Origin: Octopus sinensis
Lineage: Eukaryota
Direction of reading: 5' to 3'
Assembly (NCBI RefSeq): GCF_006345805.1
Contig: NC_043016.1
Span: 8,928,001-8,992,000, forward strand
Length of the DNA stretch: 64,000 nucleotides
In this document: positions 1 to 9,769 of the stretch, one piece after another
Numbering within the stretch: position 1 is the stretch's first letter
How the letters are laid out: the number at the start of each line of letters is the position of its first letter
Made by a program: the position numbers and the translations under genes
The notes under the pieces: generated by a model
The model's database searches: none
What the model was told of the DNA's origin: nothing
Seen by the model: only the letters and a program-made list of their open reading frames with translations

Positions 1-111
1 TTAGAATTATATAGTAGGGCTGGTGTGAGAGGCCAGATTGGGCCAATTTGAACATAAAAAAGGGGAGAATATTTTGGCCGGATATGGCCGGTTTAAATGC
101 TAAAGGGTTAA
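1..111. mobile_element. Right end of piggyBac-type MITE (family M1)
   Basis: Ends ...GATATGGCCGGTTTAAATGCTAAAGGG-TTAA, the same terminus as the complete copies at 336-558 and 33306-33528. Confidence 0.75.
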
Positions 112-335
112 AGTTAAAAACTTAGAAATTCTAAATTTGATTAGAAAACTGTTAAATGTTTTTAATCTTTTTTTTATAAGACCAAAACAATGCAAGTTAT
201 AATAGAGGGTGATGGCTTGTACTTTAACCTTGTATTTCAAGGTTAGGACCCCCTTCTTCAGGAAATCTTGGGAGAAAATGTGCTGTTGGCTGACTTCTCT
301 GTATAGCCTATGCAACATCTTTGTTACTCTTAAAT

Positions 336-558
336 TTAATCCTTTAGCATTCAGATTGTTCTGTCAAATGTATGAATATTTATTCACATTGTTTTGATTT
401 AATCATGTAATCACCTTGTAGCTTGGATACTTCAATGGTGCATTTGTTTAGTTTTAGAATGACATTGTAGGTGCGACAGGCTGAATTTAGCCAGTTTGAA
501 CATAAAACAGCTGGAATACTTGAGCTGGATATGGCTGATTTAAACTCTAAAGGGTTAA
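336..558. mobile_element. piggyBac-type MITE M1, complete, 223 bp including TTAA
   Basis: TTAA-TCCTTTAG...CTAAAGGG-TTAA terminal inverted repeats with TTAA target sites. Same length as the opposite-orientation copy at 33306-33528. Confidence 0.8.
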
Positions 559-1092
559 AATTCAAACTTCTCGACTTAGGGTTTCCCTAGAAGTGATCAT
601 CGCATTTAAAATAACTACTGCCAGGGACTCCACTTATTGTTTCCACTGTTTCATAAATTATACTTTTAATTAATGAGTATCAATATATATGCTTTTCTAA
701 ATGAGACCTAACATTAATATGGATTTCCTAAAGACTTGTTACTCATACCATTTAAGAACCATAAGGAAAAATTACCCAAGAGTTGCCTGATGCATAAGTT
801 AAAAGTAAAATTGTTTTCTAAATAACTAACTCTGGTAAAAAAAAAAAAAAAATGCAGTAGACAAATCACATTTGTTATTAGGAATTCTTAAATAAAAGTG
901 GCATATTTAATATAGTAAACCATAAAATTTTAGTGATGAAGGCAATCATTTCCTAAGAGACTAATTAAGGTAAAACAAAAAAATAGAAGAAAGCCAAATT
1001 TCAATTAAAATTATGGCTGTGTGGTTAAGATTGCTTCCTAACTACTAAACCACATGCCTTCAACTCTTGTATTGTCTGCCAGATGATACTAT

Positions 1093-1375
1093 ATCATCAT
1101 TTAATGTCCATTTTTCATGCTGGCATGGGTTGGATGGTTTTGACAGGAGCTGCCTAGGCTCCATGTGTGATTCGGTATGGTCTCTTTGGTTGGATGCCCT
1201 TTCTAATGCCAACCACTTTACAGTGTGTACATGGTACTTTTATGCAGCCCTGGTACAGATGCTCGTTATGTGATACCAGCACCCACAAGTCTGCAAGATT
1301 AGGATCTCTCAGCTGAAGAGGGATACAGGGGACATGTCAGTATGTAAGGACAACCACACTTTTGCTTAGCTTGAT
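1093..1375 (-). mobile_element. SINE-like repeat family S3, degenerate
   Basis: Carries the family motif GGTTGGCATTAGAAAAGGGCATCCA and a (GAT)n tail on the minus strand. Homologous to 16898-17215 and 23370-23692. Confidence 0.65.
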
Positions 1376-1455
1376 GACCTGTATATATAGTGTGTGTGTG
1401 TGTGTATATATGTCCCTGCGCATGATACAGCCTTAAGACATTTATTGGATGGCTG

Positions 1456-1880
1456 TTGACTCTCAAGAGTTACTTCGCTGTTACACTTCCAGATGGGAAG
1501 GATCTTCTTTTGATGCTGACATGCAATGTCTGTGCAAGACCCTGCCTCAGTAAAGCTGGACTCATGAGCCATCTTCGTAGTCATAAAGCGAGACAGATGA
1601 GTGACAACCTGGCCACTGGTGGTGGTGTAACACACCATACTAATCATATCTGTCGGGCATGTGGAAGAGAGTGTAATTCGGCAGGAGGACTTAAACGACA
1701 TGCAAAGGTACACGAAGCCCAGTGACAACTACAGCCAGCTATTGCCAGTAAAGGTTTTAGCTGCCAATTCTGTACAAGACATTGTAGATCTTTAGCTGGA
1801 CTAAAAAGTCACATTCGATCACAGCACCAGTAACAATTAAGCTTCGTGCAATGGCCATACTTGATAACGAGGGGGCAGCC

Positions 1881-1885
<5 letters not shown>
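1456..1885 (+). pseudogene. 3' end of a probable RTE-type LINE ORF with three tandem C2H2 zinc fingers, plus short 3' UTR
   Basis: Translation gives CNVC..HLRSH, CRAC..HAKVH, then across an in-frame TGA (1723-1725) CQFC..HIRSQH, stop at 1833. No TGEKP linkers. Followed by a short UTR and a (TA)n tail, with microsatellite upstream. LINE origin is inferred. Confidence 0.6.
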
Positions 1886-1925
<40 letters not shown>

Positions 1926-2677
1926 TTGGTAGCACAAAAAGGATAAAATAGAACTCAACATGAGAGTACATTTAAAAATTTTTTAATTATTACAATGCGA
2001 CATGTATGACTTTTGGTATGGCACTTGAATCACTTTTGACTTTGTTTTGTTTCTCCTGCTTGTACTACTAAACCGACATACATACATACATATATTAGTT
2101 TGATGCATTGCATCATAAATTGAACTTTAAAATAAAAGCCAATACACACACACACTCTCTCTCACTCTTTCTCTTTTTGCTCAAATCTAAGACAAACCTT
2201 TGCTAAGTAAGAATTTATATTTATATAAGCAATTCATATCAAAGTGAATTTTCAGCATTTTACAGTGTTCAGTTTCATTTAATCATCATCTAGCATTATC
2301 ATATAATTTTAAAATCTATTATCCATTTCAGAAGATTAATAAGTTCTAGATGAAACTTGTTTCTAGCTTATTTCAAACTAATCAATATTCTTTTGAAGAA
2401 TAATGTAAATAAGTAATGCCACTACTGCTTCATGAGTCAACTTGGGAGCCTCTACATTGTTGTGGCCTGTCAGATATAGCAGCCAAATACTCTTCAAACC
2501 ACATCTTGTAGTCTTTAATTTAGAAAAAGAAAAAAGGATAATTTGGATAATGCAGGTTAGATATATGATGTCTGAATGAGACTAGAAGTTTGTGGCTGAA
2601 ATTCGTTGATTGTAGGTCTATGCAAGCTTTCCGACTTATCTATATATATATTAATATATATATATATATTATATATA

Positions 2678-2719
<42 letters not shown>

Positions 2720-2721
2720 TT

Positions 2722-3120
2722 TACTCTTTTACTTGTTTCAGTCATTTGACGGCCATGCTGGAGCACCGCCTTTAGTCGAGCAAATCGACCCCAGGACTTA
2801 TTCTTTGTAAGCCCAGTACTTATTCTATCGGTCTCTTTTGCCGAACCGCTAAGTGACGGGGACGTAAAACACACCAGCATCGGTTGTCAAGCAATGCTAG
2901 GGGGGACAGACACACATACACACACACACACAACACACACACCAACACACACACACACACACACAACACACACACACACATTATATATATATATATATAA
3001 TATATATATATTATATATAATATATACATGACAGACTTCTTTCAGTTTCCGTCCACCAAATCCGCTCACAAGGCATTGGTCGGCCCAGGGCTATAGCAGA
3101 AGACACTTGCCCAGATGCCA
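2722..3120 (-). mobile_element. tRNA-derived CORE-like SINE family S2, 5'-truncated, internal (CA)/(TA) microsatellite
   Basis: Matches the full copy at 40791-41181 (GGGCAAGTGTCTTCT core; AAACAAGTAAAAGAG tail). Confidence 0.85.
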
Positions 3121-3400
3121 TATATTCATTTTAGGAAAAAGGGAGAATTTCAATTATTCCCATGTGGTGAGATGTAATGCAAAAAAATATATAAAATAAA
3201 AGGAAAATGCACACAGTTTACATAGTTTTAATGTTTTTTAACATATTTAATAAGTGAAAGAGTATTGTTTGTTGACTGCTTTCACTAAACATGACATTGA
3301 AATTATTGTAATTTTGTATTTTCTTTAAGAAATAATTTTATTATGATTAGCAAAAGTGAAACCGGTTGACAAACAGTACTCTTTCACTTTATATATATAT

Positions 3401-3716
3401 TCTCTTTTACTTGTTTCACTCATTTGACTGTGGCCATGCTAGACCACCGCCTTTAGTCGAACAAAGCCTTGAGTGGATTTGGTAGACGGAAACTGAAAGC
3501 AGCCCATTGTATATGTGTGTGTGTGTTTGTACCCCCCAACATCGCTTGACAACCGATGCTGGTGTGTTTACGTCCCCGTAACTTAGCGGTTTGGCAAAAG
3601 AGACCGATAGAATAAGTACTAGGCTTCCAAAGAATAAGTCGTGGGGTCGATTTGCTCGGCTAAAGGCTGTGCTCCAGCATGGCCACAGTCAAATGACTGA
3701 AACAAGTAAAAGAGAG
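3401..3716. mobile_element. Rearranged S2 SINE with its 3' end present at both termini in inverted orientation
   Basis: 3401-3465 is the reverse complement of 3651-3715 (6 mismatches in 65 bp by hand alignment). Confidence 0.8.
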
Positions 3717-3859
3717 AGTAAGTGAAATGCAGCAGGTTTTGGGAAGATAGTGAAAATATTTATATAATATACTATTTTGATTTGTATGCTGGAAAATATG
3801 GTTTTTATTGGATGATGGGCCCAACATTTTTGAGAGGATGCTACAAGCAATCTTTTCCA

Positions 3860-4620
3860 ATCAATTGATAATCAAATAAAAAGGCATGGCTTACTGAAGT
3901 CTTTGTTTGAACATTGTTCATGTTACAATTTTATCTGAAAGCTCAGTTATTTTTCTTGCAATAACTTCCAATTGCCAAAGTTCTTTTCATTTATTGATGA
4001 TACCCATGGCAATCCTAAGTTAATGATTTTCATATTAATATGGATGTTGTATTTCGAGCACCAAATAACATCATTATAACTCGTGGCTCGAAGAACAATA
4101 ACTACATTTAATGCCTATTATATTCAAAGAACTTTCTCACAGGCAATTAAAGTTACAAGTGGAGAAGATGCTGTTATACTTAAAGAATTTTGGAAAAGAT
4201 TTAATATTAAACAAGCAATTTAAAATATGAGTCATAAAAGGAATTGACAGCCAATTGTATGAGAGCATTCTGGCAGAAACTTTTGCCTGAATACGCTAAC
4301 GATTTTAGTGGCTTAAAAAAAAAATCAAATGAACGAAGCCATTGATGGGATTGCTACCAGTTGAATAGTTTGGCTTTGAGGACGTTGGTACAGGAAACGG
4401 TTGTGAATTATTGACTTCACATTCAAAAGGTAAATGATGATAATCTCGTTGAAGTCAGGCATCAGTGGGCACATGAAGAGCAAAAAGAAGAAAAGGAATG
4501 TGAAGAAATGGAAGAAATCTCAAAAGGAAATAATGACGGAAGAAATTGATGGATTTTTGGGAGGAACAGTTGGCTAAACATCAATTAATGAATATGGATC
4601 AGGATGTTGACAGAAAAAGG
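3860..4620 (+). pseudogene. Tigger/pogo DDE transposase remnant
   Basis: Frameshifted translation gives SNKKAWLTEVF, IDDTHGNP (cf. LDNAPGHP), DVVFRAPN, TFNAYYIQRTF, EFWKRFNIKQAI, NCMRAFWQKLLPEYANDFSG and FEDV..ELLTSHS, in Tigger order. Confidence 0.8.
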
Positions 4621-5179
4621 CTTGTTCTGAGGTTTAGATAAACAAATTACTTGTTAGTTTAGAGAAGATAAAAAAAAAAATATAGCTTTGATAAACTTAT
4701 GTAAAACAGCATTTAAAAAAAAAAAGAGGAAAAGATTTACAATAATTATTTTTTTAATTTTCTCAAATTAATCATAATAATTATTTCCATTGTTTATTAA
4801 GTTTAACATAGTTTTCATATCACCCTAAGTAACAAGTAACTATACATATGTACATACACATTTCCATTATTCCCTGTGTGTTTAGCCCCTTGTGGGTAGT
4901 AAAGAAATACATTATTAGTGTGTCTATCTATGTATTTGTAGTTTGGGTGTCTGTGATGAGTCATAGGCATTCGTAAGATAAGAAATGCGTTTGTAAATGT
5001 TTCTAACTCTGAATAATGGCCATAAGAATCATTAATTACTAAACTACAAGTACATACTTAATGAGGCATATTAGTAATGGGCATGTCTGAGTGGTTAAGT
5101 TTACTTAACCACATGGTATTAAGGAAGGACAGAAAAATAGTAGATTTATAAGTCTTAAAATTCACTCCATAATTGCTCA

Positions 5180-5358
5180 CGGGCATATGGCGTAGTGGTT
5201 AAGAGCGCGGGCTACTAAAGCCCAAGATTCCGAGTTCGATTCCTGAATAATAATAATAATGATAATAATAAAAATATCGAAAAATTCAAGGTTCGAAATT
5301 TCCCCAGGACACCTGATGAAGGCTAGAGGGTATATCAGATGAAATGTTGTGTTAACGC
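5180..5358 (+). mobile_element. tRNA-headed SINE family S4 with internal (AAT)n and HHR-like 3' part
   Basis: A box TGGCGTAGTGG, B box GAGTTCGATTCC, (AAT)n, then ACAC-CTGATGA...GAAATGTT-GTGT. Second copy at 30785-30985 (-). Confidence 0.75.
5309..5352 (+). ncRNA. Minimal type-I hammerhead-like motif, degenerate
   Basis: Stem I ACAC/GTGT, core CTGATGA, extra A, stem II GGCTA..CAGAT (decayed from GGCTG/CAGCC), GAAA, ATGT (CpG-decayed ACGT), predicted cleavage after T5348. Confidence 0.55.
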
Positions 5359-5756
5359 CAAATATCTGTTGAATGTAAATGATGTTTACTTAATTACTCA
5401 ATCATATGGTCTTGGTTCACTCTAACTTTGCACTGCCTTGGATGCACATCTGTTGTAGCCTAAAGTGGACTATTACTTTTGAGTGAAATTTAGATGAAGA
5501 TTATGCTGTGCATTGTGTCTGTATACACTTACATACACAACCTCACATTCATACACATAAATTTTTGCTACAATCAAATGGCAGACCTCCGCTTTACACT
5601 AACTGTTTCTCTTACACATGTGTTTGTGTGTGATCATTTTTACATCTGGTTTTTCATGCTGGCCATAGGTTGGATTAGACTTTGTGAGACTGTCTTTTAT
5701 ACTCATTTGCTTTTCCAAATGCCAAAGCTTTTACTCACCTCTTCAGAACACCAGAG

Positions 5757-5920
5757 TGTAAAGCACCCACTACACTCTCGGAGTGGTTGGCGTTAGGAAG
5801 GGCATCCAGCTGTACAAACATTACCAGATCAGATTGGAGCCTGGTGCAACTGCTGGCTTTCCAGAAATTAGTCAAACCATTCAACTCATGCCAGCATAAA
5901 AACGCTTATTAAATGATGAA
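5757..5920 (+). mobile_element. SINE-like family S3, 3' half
   Basis: GGTTGGCGTTAGGAAGGGCATCCAGCTGTA motif and degenerate GAT tail. Confidence 0.75.
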
Positions 5921-6019
5921 TAATTTTTGGTTTAAGAAAATTTATTTTCTCAATATATATTATACTGTAAATTAAAATTTGTGTGGGCGTGAGAATGTAT
6001 TTTTTTTTATATATATATA

Positions 6020-6180
6020 TATATATGTATTTATATATGTATGCGTATGTATTTATATATGTATGCGTATGTATTTATATATGTATGCGTATGTATTTAT
6101 GTATGTATGCGTATGTATTTATGTATGTATGCGTATGTATGTGTATATGTATGCGTATGTATTTATATGCATGTATTTAT
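6020..6180. repeat. 22-bp minisatellite (ATGTATTTATATATGTATGCGT)n
   Basis: About six tandem units read directly from the sequence. Confidence 0.85.
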
Positions 6181-6659
6181 ATATTTTATACATATGTGTG
6201 AGTATATATCTGTATGTATAGGTAGTGGGTAGCGATTTTCTTCACTGCTTCAGTGACTGATGACTCTGCCTGATACGAGTCCTGGACTCAGCTGGCTCTA
6301 GCTGACAGTACCCCCAGTATGGGCCCTTATCCAGGGTACAGAAAAGAGACAATCTTCAAAGAAATGCGGAGTGGAGCCATGTAGGTGGTTTAGTGTTTGA
6401 CTCGACATTCTTCCGGCAGTTCCTGCAACCAAGCTGGTGCCAAACGTAATGCTTTGCACTCCTTTGGACTACGTCAGCAAGGTCGAGAGAGGAATCCTGA
6501 CGATTGGACTACCCAGGATTTTCTTACATCTAGCTGAGGCCTGCGCAAAACTGGAGAGGACATGAAATGTAAAAACCAGACTGGATTAGTTTATGCGCAA
6601 CTCCATTGTCTTCTGAGACAAAAGGATGCCAACATATATCTGTATGTGTCACATGGGCT

Positions 6660-7140
6660 CAACTCTCCTCCCCCCTTCATCTAACCCTCCTCCTTTCTCC
6701 TCTTCCTCCCACCCACATCTCTCTTTCTCTGGCACCTACTTCTTCTCTTCACTCCTACCCACCTCCCTTTCACCCTCTCCCTTCATCATCACCCCCTCCC
6801 TCGTTATTCCTTCCCTGCACATTCCAACCCCACCATCCCTATACATCCCATCCCTCTCTTAGACCCCCACCCTTTTGTTTCCCACACACCATCACACCAC
6901 ATCACACCACCCCGCACACACTAGCACTGACCACTTTCCAGCCCCCACACCAGCGCACAAACTAGCATGACCACTTTCCAGCACCTACACCATCATCCAC
7001 ACACCTACACCATCATCCACACACCTACACATGCATGCACGTCTGTCACCAGCCTCCTTCCACATCCACGCACTCACATACACACGCATGTGCACCTTCA
7101 TTTTGGGATCACCACTATTTTATTATCTTCCCTTCTTCCT
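6660..7140. repeat. C-rich low-complexity region with short tandem duplications
   Basis: Pyrimidine/CA-rich. ACTAGCA(C)TGACCACTTTCCAGC occurs twice and CACCTACACCATCATCCACA occurs twice. Confidence 0.7.
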
Positions 7141-7175
7141 AGCTCTGCTGTGTGAGCACTCTGTTGGGCATTCAC

Positions 7176-7350
7176 CATGGTAGATCACTAGCCACTAAAA
7201 ATTTTTCTATTTTCTCTCATTGTTTATTTCTGTGTTCCTTTCTGTCAAAGAGTGTAGGCTCGAAATGTAAAAGACTTTCTCGCTTCCTGAGTGTTAAACT
7301 AATACATCTGTTTGTTGTTTACACAACCGTCTTCGTCTTTCGTAAATTCT
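7176..7350 (+). mobile_element. Repeat family P5 (PLE pseudo-LTR-like) with degenerate HHR-like motif at 7238-7273
   Basis: Homologous to 8985-9180 and 43590-43765. Confidence 0.65.
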
Positions 7351-7454
7351 CAGTGTGTGTGTGTGCGCGCGTGTGCGTTTGTATGCGTGCATGTGCTTGT
7401 GTGTATGTGCATGTGTGTATGTTTGTGTATATGCGTGCATGTATATGTGTGTAC

Positions 7455-7870
7455 AGGTTTCTAATTACAGTGGTGGGATGGTTTGAGCTCTTGTAGGTGT
7501 TTCCTTGCTAGGCTTCCTGTACAGGTAATACTTGCCTTTGTTGTGGTCAAAGGTTATGTTGAAGAAATTGACTGTAGTCAGGTTGGTGGTAACTGTTATG
7601 GACAGGCCAAGCTCTTTAAATATTTGTATCAAGTCCTTCCTGGATCTGTTCATGGTGGGGTTGTTCATATGGCTTGTGATAGTCAGGCTGTCACCCTTAT
7701 GTGGATAGCTATGTCTCGCTTGAGAGTATCCAAGGTGTATAACCTGGCAAGCTTGAAAATTTCAGCCGATTAATTGATGTTTAGTTCTCCATTGAGTCAT
7801 CGAACAATGTATTGCCTTTCTTCACCCAGAAGGCATTGTCATGGACCAGAATTGACTTCCTGGCATTCTT
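7455..7870 (-). pseudogene. Penelope-like element reverse transcriptase fragment
   Basis: ARKSILVHDNAFWVKKGNTLFDDSM, AEIFKLARLYTLDTL, HKGDSL (decayed YRDDGL), RKDLIQIFKELGLSITVTTNLTTVNF, KYYLYRKP and SNHPTTVIRNL, which are PLE RT motifs in order. Confidence 0.8.
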
Positions 7871-8984
7871 ACCAATCCCTAATGCTTATGTGCAAGTATA
7901 CGCCTGCATGCATATATATACATATATACATACACAAGTGAATATGCATGTGTGCATGCATGTTTGTTCATGTGTACGTGCATGTGGGTGGGTGCATGCA
8001 CACCCATGTACAGATGTGCATGCATCAATGCAAAACCAGGTGTGCATCTACACACACATATACAACTGCATACTTGCACATCCCCCTCCAACAACATGAC
8101 CAAGTTCCTGTCCACCATGCGTTTGATTTCCTGTTCACGATGCAGTGTTTTCCAAGTTAACTGTTGTTGCTGATATAACAGCATCAAACTATGGCTCTGC
8201 ATGATCTTCTGTGACTAATTGCCGCCCACCTTACATTAATAACAATCAACTTCTCTCGTTCAAATTGAAAATGCCTGAAGATTAGCATCACACTTGAAAC
8301 TCAGAGTACCAATGAATTTGAATCACTTGTTTTGAGATATATATATATATATATAATATATATTATATATATATATATATAAATAATGAAATAGACTAAA
8401 CTATGACTCTCACCTGGCCTACTTGTTTTGTTGACTATTAACTAATTTTCATTTCTACATTTGTGTATGTGTATGTATTCATGTGTTTGTATGTGTTTAT
8501 TTATTGGTTGTATGGAATGTCTTCAATGTTCATTTCCTTTGTGACAAACAGGTTACGCAATGGTATAGATCTATAGGGTACACTTACTGGCATAAATAAA
8601 TCTGTAGGTTATTTAACTACAAAAGCTACTTCAATTATGCACCATTTTTTCTTTTTCTATTTTTTAATCTTATTTCTCTGCAGAATACAATATCAGCTTT
8701 CAAGAGAATTATATCATCACTTTTTCAAGATTGTCATTGTACAATACTCCTCTTGATCTGAACATTATTGAAAATGACCAAAGATTATATCTTATTTTTT
8801 ATTTATTTTACAGATTACCGATAGGATTAGTATCTTGCTTATGCTGCTGCTAAATAATAATAATTTTCTTAGACATGACATATGTAATATTATATAATTC
8901 TTAGCCTACTTGCATAGCCAGTGCGGTGGCATCATTCGAAAATACCAAGCTCACTGTGATCAGCAATGTATAACAACTCGCCAT

Positions 8985-9180
8985 GATAGATCATTAGCCA
9001 CTACACACATTTTTTTTTCTCCTTGTTTCTCTCCTTGGTTTTTCTGTGTCCCTTTCTGTAGAAGAGCGTAGGCTCGAAATGTAAAAGACTTTTTCTATTC
9101 TGAGCATTATACTAATACATCTGTTTGTTTTGTATACCACCTGTCTTTGTCTTGTTTTTTTCGTAAACTCTCCCTATAAC
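8985..9180 (+). mobile_element. Repeat family P5 copy
   Basis: Homologous to 7176-7350 and 43590-43765; contains the motif at 9052-9087. Confidence 0.7.
9052..9087 (+). ncRNA. Hammerhead-like motif, core variant CUGUAGA
   Basis: CTTT-CTGTAGA-A-GAGC-GTAG-GCTC-GAAA-TGT-A-AAAG. Stem I (4 bp) and stem II (4 bp) pair perfectly; A6 is replaced by U. Confidence 0.5.
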
Positions 9181-9769
9181 ATCAGTTAGTCTGGTTGCTC
9201 ATATTCTAAGGGTTTTCCATTCTGTTTTTGTTCCACTCTTACGGGCTGCTGAGACTAGTCAGGTGATTGTAGTAACAAGTCTTCAATCAAACCAAGGAAA
9301 ATTTACTTTCACTTTCAAAAAAAATTTTTATCCCCATTATTGATAAAGTCTATCGCTGATACAACTCATGACAAGTAAATACCACAGTTTTCTTTTTGTC
9401 CTTCAACCTTTAGCTGATAGGTGAGAGTTTTGGACCTGGAATGCACAGAGCCAGAAGAGATGCTGTAAAGTATCCTGTTTGATGCTCTGCCAATTCTACC
9501 AATCCATAATTGTTTCTAACATTGGTGCAAGGCCAGGAATTTTGGTAGAGGAGTCAATTATATTGATCCACCTTTCAAAAGAGTAGAAAGCAAACTTAAC
9601 CTTGACAGGATTTGTATGCAGAATGTAAAGTGCTGTTGCTAATTATGGCTAGGCATTTTGTCTGTTGCATGAAGGGGACAGAAGTGCAAACAGATATGGC
9701 GATAATCTCATCTGCATTTTAATGTCCACTTTTCCATGTTTGCATGGGTTGATCAGAGCTTAGATCTCT

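Noticed and set aside
1456-1833. Host C2H2 zinc-finger gene
   Set aside because: Internal stop, no TGEKP linkers, no clear splice context and a LINE-like tail; treated as TE-derived.
8074-8208. 45-codon exon candidate KIMQ...EGDVQ (minus strand)
   Set aside because: Weak acceptor without a pyrimidine tract, unrecognised peptide, and only 26 nt from another candidate exon.
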